Shown here piece by piece: positions 8,501-17,446 of a stretch of 64,000 bases of DNA. Both the position numbers and the translations under genes were made by a program. The number at the start of each line of letters is the position of its first letter. Positions within the stretch are counted from its first letter, which is position 1. This DNA comes from an uncultured Chthonomonadaceae bacterium (GTDB lineage: Bacteria; Armatimonadota; Chthonomonadetes; Chthonomonadales; Chthonomonadaceae). The notes below the pieces were generated by a model. The model did no database searches and had not been told where the DNA came from. It saw nothing but the letters and a program-made list of their open reading frames with translations. Where the stretch lies: the NCBI GenBank assembly GCA_963817895.1, contig CAWFQB010000006.1, positions 370,511 to 434,510 of the forward strand. The letters are read 5' to 3'.

Positions 8501-9213
8501 TCAAGGGTCAAAAACCGGTGAAGGTCGCCTGAGAAGGAAACGACCGGGTTACTCTCCTCTTCGTCGCAGTTGCGGCCAAGCGCGGCAAGCGCGATATTAC
8601 GCTGCTGTCGGAACTCGCTGACGTGGTAGGCAGGCAGATTGGGACGGGTCAACATTTCGTCATAGCGGCGCACATCACGGCGGTAATCTTCAGCCTCTTC
8701 CAGCGTCAGCCTGCCAATGGCCGTTGTCGCAATTTCTGCATTACAATCCAATGGCAGTTCAATGGTCGCATCGCGCCACGCGGCGAAGTCGGGAGCCTGT
8801 TGCAGTAACTCTTGAAAAATCTGACTTGAAACCCAGAGGATTAACGCTGCCTGTGAATCGCGGACATCCTCACGATGGTTGTTGAGCAGTTCCAGTGCGG
8901 TCTGATAGTCGTCCGTGGGGCGATCCGCGAGGGCTTCCAGACCATACGCGCAGACGCATACCGGCAACTCGCGGCGTGGGATACTGCGGCAAAATCGGGG
9001 CAGGCTGCGCTGTTCCGTCTGCGCGTAATCGAATTCGCGCAGATACCGCTGCCCGCTGAGACGTTCCCCCAACTCGGCGATAGCTTCCCGGCGCAGCATC
9101 AGGTTTTCAACCAGGACAAAAACAATATGGGAACGCTCTTCATCGCGCAGCGCGTTCTCAATCTGCTGCATGGCCTCGGCTATCTGTGGATTTGTTGTAA
9201 AAACAGGGTTCAT
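5566..9213 (-). CDS. NLR-like protein: degenerate P-loop N-terminal domain + NACHT NTPase + C-terminal HEAT-like repeats
   Basis: Walker A VVLGDPGAGKTT, Walker B FVLLDGLDEV, NPLLL and FMHLTFEEY motifs, then about 9.7 33-aa HEAT-like repeats. Confidence 0.92.
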   Translation of the reverse strand: MNPVFTTNPQIAEAMQQIENALRDEERSHIVFVLVENLMLRREAIAELGERLSGQRYLREFDYAQTEQRSLPRFCRSIPRRELPVCVCAYGLEALADRPTDDYQTALELLNNHREDVRDSQAALILWVSSQIFQELLQQAPDFAAWRDATIELPLDCNAEIATTAIGRLTLEEAEDYRRDVRRYDEMLTRPNLPAYHVSEFRQQRNIALAALGRNCDEEESNPVVSFSGDLHRFLTLDSAFYLDYILRRNEYMDPRGVMQTTRSAMLKLDEVYVSLKAERQVERTWTRDRFNKPGRDYETELFDEWEQRELERFQLKAQEKRTESVELPVAVKANARMVVLGDPGAGKTTLMRFLALHFARAVQQNETIVRDAENEEYGEACLPIFVRISRYAEYLREHPATSLRRFLPLAFDELNMAPEKLQRLFDDALRAKRAFVLLDGLDEVIAPGDRAQIATRIDEFVSANPGNRFLVTSRIAGYRIAPLGSEFAEFTLEDMETEQIHRFLQRWCLAYERHLTPDAPESDVQDRATVEVADVERALQDNLGVRRLATNPLLLTILCLIKRNGAHMPRRRVELYELATQTLLRDWQLHRGIPGVQCVEEDEALRLLGPLALWLHETKPTGMASKRDVQEHLADLLAKQRGKEPDGEEVTKAVDDFLRRVREHTGLFVERAPGYFGFMHLTFEEYYVGRELLRRYKTTAKTIYKHRHQPRWEEPILLAIGYESKSRPEYASDLIRSAILAQGEEAQEEGFQPGAYENVLHRDLLFAAHCLGDCAGAETSLIRDVAGKLVSLYMDRTGAGKYRPLRERLLARMAYLGDTEAGRETTRLLLHALNDEDNNVRRYAVEALGQTGQSSGEVVSALLHALNDEDNNVRRYAVEALGRLGQSSGEVVSALLHACKDEDKNVRASAVQALGRLGQSSGEVVSALLHACKDEDNNVRRYAVQALGQTGQSSGEVVSALLHACKDEDKNVRASAVEALGQTGQSSGEVVSALLHALNDEDNNVRWSAVEALGQTGQSSGEVVSALLHALNDEDNNVRWSAVQALGRLGQSSGEVVSALLHACKDEDKNVRRYAVQALGRLGQSSGEVVSALLHACKDEDKNVRASAVQALGQTGQSSGEVVSALLHACKDEDKNVRASAAESLTKLFTRRSTSCDAVNFISVQQFLFQAMGASINETMPGFTPYHSVADAIWDALWTVCAYVEASASAAASG
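5787..6726 (-). repeat. Intragenic tandem 99-bp repeats (9 full + 1 partial) encoding HEAT-like units
   Basis: Constant blocks recur every 99 bp (for example GCGTGGAGCAGGGCGCTGACCACTTCCCCGGAACTC at 5825, 5924 and onward). Confidence 0.97.
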
Positions 9214-9225
9214 CGTCTTGCCATT

Positions 9226-10536
9226 CTATACCAACTCATCCCATATAAGCGGATGCGCGTCGAACCAGGTGCGGGAATTCTGATAGGCGACAATCAGCAA
9301 AGCGTGAAGCAGGTCGGCGCACTCCTTGTTTTGCGATGGCTTTTTGGCCTCATGTACCCTTTTCAATTCCGCCGTATTCTCGATGGTCAGGCGGCGCGTG
9401 TATTCGGCAAGCAGTTTGTCTACCGCTGTCTGCGCCGCCTGCATGGTAATGCTATCCAAGCCCTTCTGTTCGGCGTAGCGGCAGGCGTCTTCCACGAGAC
9501 GAATCAGCCAGCGTAGCACCCCTCCGCTTTTGAAGATCAACAAGTCGAGGGTATCTTTCTCGAACAACTTCTCCTCAGTCAATCCGACAGTCAGCAGCCG
9601 CTTGGTCACAACTTCGCGCAGTTCCGCATACCCCTTCTCATAGCGCGTCTCCTGATTAGTGCGATGATAAAGGCGAATGTTGGGCAGAAAGTAACATTCC
9701 GCGCTGGTTTCCACTTCGCCGAAAGCCAGCGATGTGTAAACCAACATGGGAACTGTGTAGATGATACGGCACAGAGGAGATTGAAGCGCGGTGCTGTTGA
9801 TAAACAGTTCATTGGCCTGTTCCTGCCGCTGTATCTTGTCCAGGTCGTCTACGATAACCAGCAAAGGCTTCCCGATGACATCTTCCACTTCGGCAATAAT
9901 CAGGTTGATGCGTCTGAGAATATTCGGAATTTGCGGCTCGACCGGGCGGGTACGCAGAATTTCTTCCGTCACGCCGGAGGAAATTTTGAATATTTTACCC
10001 ATCCCATCCGCCAGCATTTTACCTACGCTAGACCCTGCCATTCCGGCTGTCACTATTAACAACTTCTGCGCCAACTCTACGAGATTGAGAGATTGATCCC
10101 TTACTGTCTCTTTGTCGTTATAAGTGATGGCATAAACGGCTTCGCCCAGGTCTTGCAGCAGTTCCTTGTTGATTGCGTAACCTTCCTGTACAGCTGCCTG
10201 AAAAATTGTCGTACCGAGAAGTAACAGCAGGTCAATGAGATTGGCTTTGGGACTATCGAGATTGTGCGTGATGTTCACGTAAACGACAAAATAGTCCTCA
10301 TTGAAGTGGTCGCGCAGCTTAAACAGCAGAGAACTTTTGCCGCTTCCACGATGCCCAGTAAAGAAAGCGACAGGCGGCTTTGTGGGCTGTTCTTCCTTCC
10401 GCAATACCATAACCATATCGTCAAATGGGCTATGTTCTCGTGGGCAGTACAGAGTTCGGCTACGCTCTCCTGCAAGAACCTCCGAAGGGTCGAACGCTCG
10501 GTAAAGCTGTAACCAGAACTGTGTAGGGTGAGGCAT
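9226..10536 (-). CDS. P-loop ATPase (AAA+/STAND-like), directly upstream of the NACHT-HEAT gene
   Basis: Walker A FTGHRGSGKS, Walker B LLVIVDDLDK, SGGVLR, C-terminal WFDAHPLI. Likely start MPHPTQF with AAGGA RBS. 12-bp gap to the next gene. Confidence 0.88.
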   Translation of the reverse strand: MPHPTQFWLQLYRAFDPSEVLAGERSRTLYCPREHSPFDDMVMVLRKEEQPTKPPVAFFTGHRGSGKSSLLFKLRDHFNEDYFVVYVNITHNLDSPKANLIDLLLLLGTTIFQAAVQEGYAINKELLQDLGEAVYAITYNDKETVRDQSLNLVELAQKLLIVTAGMAGSSVGKMLADGMGKIFKISSGVTEEILRTRPVEPQIPNILRRINLIIAEVEDVIGKPLLVIVDDLDKIQRQEQANELFINSTALQSPLCRIIYTVPMLVYTSLAFGEVETSAECYFLPNIRLYHRTNQETRYEKGYAELREVVTKRLLTVGLTEEKLFEKDTLDLLIFKSGGVLRWLIRLVEDACRYAEQKGLDSITMQAAQTAVDKLLAEYTRRLTIENTAELKRVHEAKKPSQNKECADLLHALLIVAYQNSRTWFDAHPLIWDELV

Positions 10537-10836
10537 GGCAAGGTTCCTTTGCAACAGAGGATTTGATAATAGTCCTGAACACATTATACTAAAATGGTTG
10601 AGTCCTGTCAATGAGAGCAAGCGCTGTTCCAAAATCAAACACATGGCTCTATTTCTATTATGTTGTAAACGAACAGAGTACGAAACTTCAATGTCGTGGT
10701 TAAGCGCGAAATTACCTACACTGCCTGCTTCTTCCGAACATTTGTAGCGTCACCCTCAAGAGAAAACGATCATTAGCCACAATCTAATGCAATTCGCTCA
10801 ACAGGGAGCAATACAGTAATTCTGAGGAGGAAAATC

Positions 10837-11499
10837 GTGGCGAAAGTGGTGTTTGCTGCCGACATTCAGGCGATGCGGGGCAAGATGGGCAACAGTGTTT
10901 TCAGTCGGGCGCGGAACGGCAACACCGTGCGTACCCGCGTCAAGGGCAAGAACCCGCGCACGTCTGCGCAGACCGGCGTTCGGTCGAATTTCAGCAAGGC
11001 CGCCACGTCGTATAAAAACATGACGCCGGCACAGGTGAGCGCGTGGCAGGTGTACGCGGCGGGGCAGATCAAGCACGATAGCCTTTCCGGGCTGAGTTAC
11101 GTGCCGTCCGGCAATACGGTCTTTGTAGGACTGGCAGCCAAGTTCCTGCAAATCAACCCGACCGGAACCGTACCCGTCACGCCGCCCACAGCCGCCTTTT
11201 CCGGGGACAGCATCACGGTCACGGCAGCGGGAAGCAGCGGCAAAGTGATCTTTACGGGCAGCGGCAACAACAGCGCGAACATCAAAACGGAATTACTGCT
11301 CCAGCCACTGAAAAGCCAGAACCGAGCCGCCGCCAATAATGGCTACCGCAGCAAAGGCTTTATCGCGTTTGCCGGTACCAGCCTGGCACAGAATGTCACC
11401 GTACCCGCCGGCTTTTACGTGCCTGCGTATCGGTTTGTGAATACGCTGACCGGACAGGAATCGCTACTCGTCACCCTGCCTGTCGCGCAGGCTACCTGA
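10837..11499 (+). CDS. Uncharacterised basic 220-aa protein, paralogue of 1523..2182 (DUF6266-like N-terminus suspected)
   Basis: Strong GAGGAGG RBS before GTG. K/R-rich N-terminus with NPRTSAQ..R..F motif. Colinear with the paralogue. Confidence 0.88.
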   Translation: MAKVVFAADIQAMRGKMGNSVFSRARNGNTVRTRVKGKNPRTSAQTGVRSNFSKAATSYKNMTPAQVSAWQVYAAGQIKHDSLSGLSYVPSGNTVFVGLAAKFLQINPTGTVPVTPPTAAFSGDSITVTAAGSSGKVIFTGSGNNSANIKTELLLQPLKSQNRAAANNGYRSKGFIAFAGTSLAQNVTVPAGFYVPAYRFVNTLTGQESLLVTLPVAQAT

Positions 11500-11526
11500 T
11501 CCACTTCAACGCAGTGGCCCGTAATT

Positions 11527-11589
11527 TCGCGCCTTCTCTCTCTCTCGCCCGGATGAAAACCATGAGCGAACATGAGAGAGGGCGCGGAA
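11527..11589. terminator. Stem-loop between convergent genes (possible terminator)
   Basis: Arms TTCGCGCCTTCTCTC and GAGAGAGGGCGCGGAA. Confidence 0.45.
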
Positions 11590-11614
11590 CCGTTTAGAGG
11601 ATTCTTGCGGATTT

Positions 11615-13402
11615 TCATGCCTCATTGTCGGGAACGGTGGCGGGGAAGGTGACGACAACGCGCCCGCCATGGGCAGAATTCTCAAAAAGAACGTCGCCGC
11701 GCAGGTCCCAACGGGCGGAGCTTTCGATAAGTTCCACTCCCGTATTGGCGTGTCGGCGCGCATCGAAATCGGGCGGGAAGCCGGGGCCGTTGTCGCATAT
11801 CTCCAATGTCGCCACATCGTTCGCGACGCGAAGCGTGATGTCAACCTCGCCTTTGCTGTGCTTGATGGCATTGCTGACACACTCGTTGATGAGAAGCGCG
11901 AGGGAAGCGGCCTGATGCGCGCTGAGAGTCATATTCTCTATCTCTGCGCTGACGCGGCGATTGCCTGCCGTCTGCTGAAGCCTGTCAATGAGCTGACGCA
12001 GCACGTCTCTGGCGGGAAGATGCGTGTCTTCGCCTCCCCGTTTGATTTGCAGCGTAAGCAGATCGTGAATCGCGGCGAGCGCGCTGACGTGCAGCTTGAT
12101 GCGCTGCATCTCCGGGGTTTCGCCCCTGTCGTCTGCCTGTATCTCGATGAGCGCCTGAATCACCTGAAGATTGTTTTTAACGCGGTGGTGTGTCTCGCGC
12201 ATGGCCCGCGCGAGTCGGAAGTTGACGGCCTCTATCTGCTCCTGATGGCGGCGCAGCGTGTTTTCCGCCTGCACGGCTTCGGTGACATCGGCAACCACGC
12301 TGATATAGCGCAGGAGCGCGCCGTCCGCATCGAGTTCATGGCGACCGGAGAAGCGCAACACGGCGAACTGCCCATCATCGCGCGTGATGCGGCAGTTGAT
12401 ATGAAAGGGCTGCCCGGTTTCTCTGCTGTCGTCGGCAACGCGGGCATAGGCGTTGGCATCATCAGGGTGCAGGACGCGCCCGAAAAACTCTTCCCGCGTA
12501 TAGGGGCCGAGGGCAGGGGCGCGCCCAAACAGCGCGTACATGCGGGCGTTGTCCCAATGGGCGCGTTGCGTGGCAATGTCCCAGGTGAAAATGCCGAGTT
12601 CCGCGCCGTCTATCGCGATGCTGAGGCGGGTTTCGCGGTCCCGCAATTCGGCAATGGCTTTATTGCGCGCCGTAATATCGTGGGCAATGCCAAGCAGTCC
12701 AATCAAGCCGTTCTGGTAGTCGCGCAGGGGTGTTTTGGCAATGACAAAGGCGCGGTCTTCTCCCTCCTGCGACACGACGGACTCCAACAGGCGCGTTTCA
12801 CCGGACTGCATGATGTCATGGTCAAGCTGCATCATGGCCGCCCCAATGTCTGTCTGGCGAATCTCGGCGTCGTTGCGGCCCAGTATGGCGTGAGGCGGGC
12901 AGCCGATGATGGTGGCGGCGGCGCGATTACACAGCAGATAGTTGCCCTGCGGGTCCTTAAGCGTGATGGGATCGGGAGATTGGTCGAGGATGGCGTTCAG
13001 GAGATAATTGGCGTTTTTTAGTTCCTGCTTCGCCTCGTATTCGTCCATGCGGTTGCGGATAAGGCGGACGTAGCCACGCTGATCGCCCTCGCCTACCGCG
13101 ACCAGAAGGGCGCTGCCCCAGAAGCGCGAACCATCTTTGCGCAGATGCCAGCGTTCGGCTTCGGCGCGTCCCTGTTCGCAGGCGACGCTCTCTTCAATAA
13201 GAGGCACATTTTGCGCGCGGTCTTCGGGCGTAAAGAAAATGTCGGAGAATTGTCCGATGATCTCGGCTTTTGTCCAGCCAAGCAGGTGTTCCGCGCCCGT
13301 GTTCCAGAGCAGAACGCGGCGCTCGAGATCAAGCATGAAAATAGCGTACTCCGGCGCATTCTCAAAGAGGAGGCGCAGAGTTTCGGGGGGCATTTGCTTC
13401 AT
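11615..13402 (-). CDS. Multi-PAS sensor histidine kinase (HisKA_2/HWE-type)
   Basis: Three PAS/PAC domains, H-box ETHHRVKNNLQ, N-box NECVSNAIKH, DNGPG. Confidence 0.93.
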   Translation of the reverse strand: MKQMPPETLRLLFENAPEYAIFMLDLERRVLLWNTGAEHLLGWTKAEIIGQFSDIFFTPEDRAQNVPLIEESVACEQGRAEAERWHLRKDGSRFWGSALLVAVGEGDQRGYVRLIRNRMDEYEAKQELKNANYLLNAILDQSPDPITLKDPQGNYLLCNRAAATIIGCPPHAILGRNDAEIRQTDIGAAMMQLDHDIMQSGETRLLESVVSQEGEDRAFVIAKTPLRDYQNGLIGLLGIAHDITARNKAIAELRDRETRLSIAIDGAELGIFTWDIATQRAHWDNARMYALFGRAPALGPYTREEFFGRVLHPDDANAYARVADDSRETGQPFHINCRITRDDGQFAVLRFSGRHELDADGALLRYISVVADVTEAVQAENTLRRHQEQIEAVNFRLARAMRETHHRVKNNLQVIQALIEIQADDRGETPEMQRIKLHVSALAAIHDLLTLQIKRGGEDTHLPARDVLRQLIDRLQQTAGNRRVSAEIENMTLSAHQAASLALLINECVSNAIKHSKGEVDITLRVANDVATLEICDNGPGFPPDFDARRHANTGVELIESSARWDLRGDVLFENSAHGGRVVVTFPATVPDNEA

Positions 13403-13497
13403 TAGGTAAACAGAGCGTGGGCAATCCGTCGTCGCATAAAATAGTTTTCAGCTTATTATAACACACGTTGGGGCGGGATGCGGGCTGTAAAATGAGT

Positions 13498-14184
13498 CTA
13501 CCGTTTTCCTCGCAGCAGCGCCACAATGTCAGGGCGATGTGCCGCCTGCGCGGCGGTGAGGGGCGTTTGTCCCACCGTGTCAAGATGAGTCGGGTCGGCT
13601 CCATGCGCCAGCAGAAGACGCAGAACAGGGATTTTGTTTCCACTGTATACCGCATAGTACAGAGGGGTATAGCCCTTTTTATCTTCAAGGGTAACGTTCG
13701 CGCCCTGTTCCACAAGCAGCCGCGTCAGCTCCTCATCATTGCGCAGAATGGCAAACATGAGCAGGGTATCGCCTTCAAAATCCTGCTGGTCAATGTTCGC
13801 GCCATGCGCCAGCATCGCGCAAATCAGGGGCGTATCTTCCAGCGGTTGGACGTTTGCGGTCCAACTGACCGGGGATGCGTAACATGCGGTTGCATCCGTC
13901 AGCAAAAACGCCGTGTAACTATACTCTTCAGGCGCAGGCGAATGGCGCAACAGTTGACCCATAAGCGATTTCAGGGTCGGGGCAGGCGTCGGGTTGTAGC
14001 GCGTGTCGGGGTCGGCGCCCGCATTGACGAGGCCAAGCGCCTGTCCGATGTCCTTGCGGTCAAGGGCGGCGATCAGTTGGCGGTTGACCGCGTACTGCCG
14101 CTGCGCCTTCCACACCCACGCCCCGCCCGCGCCGCCAACCGCAAGAACCAGTGTCGGCAGCAATAACCAACGTCTTCGTTTCAT
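13498..14184 (-). CDS. Membrane-anchored ankyrin repeat protein (paralogue 3)
   Basis: Start MKRRRWLLLP with the same upstream TACAAT/GGAGG block as paralogues 1-2. Ankyrin motifs present. C-terminus LLRGKR. Confidence 0.9.
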   Translation of the reverse strand: MKRRRWLLLPTLVLAVGGAGGAWVWKAQRQYAVNRQLIAALDRKDIGQALGLVNAGADPDTRYNPTPAPTLKSLMGQLLRHSPAPEEYSYTAFLLTDATACYASPVSWTANVQPLEDTPLICAMLAHGANIDQQDFEGDTLLMFAILRNDEELTRLLVEQGANVTLEDKKGYTPLYYAVYSGNKIPVLRLLLAHGADPTHLDTVGQTPLTAAQAAHRPDIVALLRGKR

Positions 14185-14234
14185 GGCAACCGGTTCCTCC
14201 AGCGCTATTGTACCTGCAATCATATTCTGTTTCT

Positions 14235-15232
14235 CTACATATTGCTTTCCCGGTTTATCTCTTCCTTCAGCGCATCGCCTGCCTGCGTGTCGGGATGAAT
14301 TTCCCAGTAGCGGTGCGGAAAGTTGAAGTAGGTCATCATTACAAAGTGGTGTGACGCTGCCGAATTGAAACGCTTCTCGCAGCCATTTCGCCCGCTGCGC
14401 ATCGGACGCCTGACTGGAAATGCCCATTTCCGCAATCGCAAGCGGAATGCCTTTATGCCGCGAATGGGCCAGAACGTTCATCCACGTATGCGCCAGATCG
14501 GCAAAGGGAATCGGTTCCGCGCCGTTGCCTCCGTACGCGCTGCGGGGGCGGGAATACAGGTTCATGCTGAAAGCGTCAATACCGCCCGAGAGGGATACGG
14601 TTGAGCGCGTCCAGTACCTCGTCTTGACGATGAACGCCATTCGCCGCAAGCGGGCTGAAAATAAACAGGGCATTGGTCGCGCCCTCCTCATCGAACACGC
14701 GGCGCAGCAGCATCCACGCGGCAGCAAGGTCGGCGGGCGTGTTGTGGTATTTCCGGTTTCCGAACTCCCACGGCGTATTCAGCGTAGCGTCGTTCATTTC
14801 AGAAAACGGGCGGATGAAAAACCATTTGTTCTGATCCCGATACCGCGCGATTTCGGAAGCCAGCAGGCGCGCGTTGCGATCCAGTGGACTGCCGGAACGC
14901 GACAGTTCGCGGGTGAAAGCGGGCAGGCTGAGGTGTTCGGTTTCCAGCGCGATCTGCGGGGTAAAATCACGATGCGCTTCCGCCTCAATGGATGCCTGAA
15001 CGCGCAAATCGCGGATCAACGCGCCCGCGTCCATGCTGTCCATTTTGAAGTAGGAGAGGATGGCGGTTCGGCTGCCCGGATAATCTCGTAAGTAATCCGC
15101 GATGTGCAGCAGCTTGCCCATGCCGACTGCCATTCCCCGCAACTGCGAGGCGCGGGTAACAGGAGGCGCGGCGAAGGCAGGCGTTACAGCAATAAACGCG
15201 AACAGCAAGACAGAGTTGAGAGCGCGAAGCAT
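14235..15232 (-). pseudogene. GH26-like glycoside hydrolase with two frameshifts (pseudogene or sequencing indels)
   Basis: Signal peptide and IRPFSEMN (acid/base) in one frame, IDAFSMNLY and IAEMG (nucleophile) in a second, MTYFNF..W in a third. Shifts near 14590 and 14360. Confidence 0.7.
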
Positions 15233-15477
15233 ACGCTGAAGTTTCAATACAACCCCCGTAACAGAGAACACGATCACGCTCCGAATCTGCGCGGAATGCC
15301 AAAACGACTTTTCGGCAAAGAGACGGCGCGTACAGTCTGCCTGTTCCACAGGAAAATCCTGCGGTTTGGCTCGAAAAGCAGGAAATCGCCCCTCACCTGT
15401 ACAATGCTCTCCTCGACACGGATTACTGTTGAATGGGCTTTTGAAAAGCCAATCTTTTTGATTGTGAGGCGCTTGCT

Positions 15478-16419
15478 ATGCTATTGTACCGCTCATGCAG
15501 GTTTGCTGTGGTTGGCGCTGTTTGTTGTCTGATCGCGTTGAGCGGTTGGCAACCAACAGCGGCGTATGCGGACGATTTCAGTCCTAATGCTTCCATGCTC
15601 AAAGAGGCGCGAGAGAGTAAAGGCAGCCCCTTGTATAAAGCCGCGCTGACAGGCAACGTAGCGAAAGTAAAAAGATTGATTGCTGCCAGGGCCAAAGTCA
15701 ACGCAGGCGATGTCAGACACCGAACACCCTTACACGCCGCCGTATTAGGTGGCAATATTGAAGTGGTGAAATTGCTGCTAACGGCGGGGAGTAAAGTAAA
15801 CGCTGTCAACGATACCCGTAACGGCGGCTGTCTAATTTTCGACGATGGCATGACCGGGACGCCCTTGCACTGGGCGGCGCAAACGGGAAACGTGGCAATC
15901 GCCCGTTTATTGATTCAGCATGGCGCGAATGTCAACTCACCGGATGCGCGCTGGAAAGAAACGCCGCTTCATCTTGTGGGCTGGCAGGGCGGGGCGCGAA
16001 TGGCGGAACTGCTGATCCAACACGGCGCGCGCTTAGATCCTGTAGGCGGTTTTACGGACGCGACGCCTTTGTATTGCGCCTGCGAATTCGATAAAGTGGA
16101 AACAGCGGGCGTTCTGCTGGCGCATGGGGCGGACGTGAACGCCGCTGCCGAGTATGGAGATACGCCTCTGCATACGGCGGTTCGAACGGGAAATGTGGCG
16201 CTGGTCAAACTGCTGCTGACAAAGAGGGTGAATCTGAACGCCGAAAGCCACATCGGGACAATGAGGTTGATGCCTTCGGGCTTCAGCAATGAAATCGGCG
16301 GAACGCCCCTGCACATCGCCAACCAGATGCAAAAGTGGGGAATCGTGAGTCTCCTGCAAGCGAAAGGCGCAACAGACACCGAGCGCGACGAACGCGGTTT
16401 CTCGCATCTACGTCCGTAA
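15478..16419 (+). CDS. Secreted ankyrin repeat protein
   Basis: Signal peptide and multiple TPLHxA ankyrin motifs. Confidence 0.9.
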   Translation: MLLYRSCRFAVVGAVCCLIALSGWQPTAAYADDFSPNASMLKEARESKGSPLYKAALTGNVAKVKRLIAARAKVNAGDVRHRTPLHAAVLGGNIEVVKLLLTAGSKVNAVNDTRNGGCLIFDDGMTGTPLHWAAQTGNVAIARLLIQHGANVNSPDARWKETPLHLVGWQGGARMAELLIQHGARLDPVGGFTDATPLYCACEFDKVETAGVLLAHGADVNAAAEYGDTPLHTAVRTGNVALVKLLLTKRVNLNAESHIGTMRLMPSGFSNEIGGTPLHIANQMQKWGIVSLLQAKGATDTERDERGFSHLRP

Positions 16420-16481
16420 AACACATGTCAATCTTTTTCAGGAAAATACAAAATTCCCAACGTCGCTAATCCCACTTCCGC

Positions 16482-16877
16482 TCAGGCCACCGATTGCACC
16501 GACTGTCCATAGGCTTGCAGAGTTTCGCGTTGCTGTTGGCGCAGTCGGGCCGCCAGAAACAGGGCATCTACTTTGTATTGTCTCGGAATGGTTTGTTCTC
16601 TCCCCAACGCCTCGAACAGCTTCAAAGCATGACGCAGGCTGCCCGATTTCATATAGCATACCGCCGCGCTGAATCGGTGCAGTGCTGCCAAATCTTTTTC
16701 TTTGTTTCGGGCGTAATATCGGGCAATTCGCTCTTCCATCGGCGCGGCCTGCGCGTAGCGTTCCACCGCTTCATCCGGGCTGTCGGTCGCGACGAGCATT
16801 TGCGCTTCCAACAGCAAAGTTGATTTCTGCCCCTGCACTTCACGAATCATTTCTTCCGTGTCCGATGTTTTTCTCAT
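16482..16877 (-). CDS. Hypothetical helical (TPR-like) protein
   Basis: 131-aa Ala-rich helical ORF overlapping the upstream stop (ATGA). Confidence 0.7.
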   Translation of the reverse strand: MRKTSDTEEMIREVQGQKSTLLLEAQMLVATDSPDEAVERYAQAAPMEERIARYYARNKEKDLAALHRFSAAVCYMKSGSLRHALKLFEALGREQTIPRQYKVDALFLAARLRQQQRETLQAYGQSVQSVA

Positions 16878-17446
16878 AGTTGTTTGTCTTCCTCATGTAC
16901 ATGGTACGAGAGAAGTATCTCACGGCGGGTGAACCCAACTACAGCGACATAGCCGCCCCATCGCATCGGGTTGTCAAGCAATTGCCGTGTTTTTTGCAAA
17001 TGCCGGTCCCGCAATATCTGTTTGTCTTCCGTTTGGCTGCCACTGATCTCGATTCCGCAAAGAACGCCGTTTTCGGAAAGAATGTAATCGAAGCGGTCAT
17101 TCCGATCTGCCACGTTCACCAAAGCCGCAGAAGTAAAAATCGGCAGCAAGGTAAATGCCAGCGCATAGGCCGCTGCTTCTGTAACATACTCTCGCTGTGC
17201 CGCCAACGGTGTCCGCGGTATTATGGCATCTGTCCATGTCCATTTGACTGCCACAAAACGCAATCCCTGACTGCCAATGTCCTGCAAAGTCACTCGGTAA
17301 TTCAGCGTGTTTCCAATCCGCGCGGGATGCTCCATTAATCGCGCTATGACAAACGGCGCGTAGATTTCAGTATTCACCGGATGATATTGAAAACTTTCCT
17401 CAAGCGCAATCTCTATCACCGGAGAACTCTCTGCGGAATCACTCAT
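16874..17446 (-). CDS. Putative PD-(D/E)XK-fold nuclease-like protein
   Basis: Motif spacing TEAAA(E-helix)...DRFDYIL...GIEISG resembles the restriction-endonuclease fold. Confidence 0.6.
   Translation of the reverse strand: MSDSAESSPVIEIALEESFQYHPVNTEIYAPFVIARLMEHPARIGNTLNYRVTLQDIGSQGLRFVAVKWTWTDAIIPRTPLAAQREYVTEAAAYALAFTLLPIFTSAALVNVADRNDRFDYILSENGVLCGIEISGSQTEDKQILRDRHLQKTRQLLDNPMRWGGYVAVVGFTRREILLSYHVHEEDKQL

Noticed and set aside
13498..14727. 409-aa ORF as a GH-ankyrin fusion
   Set aside because: The upstream part is the middle of the frameshifted GH26-like gene. The ankyrin gene has its own promoter-like block and RBS at 14184.
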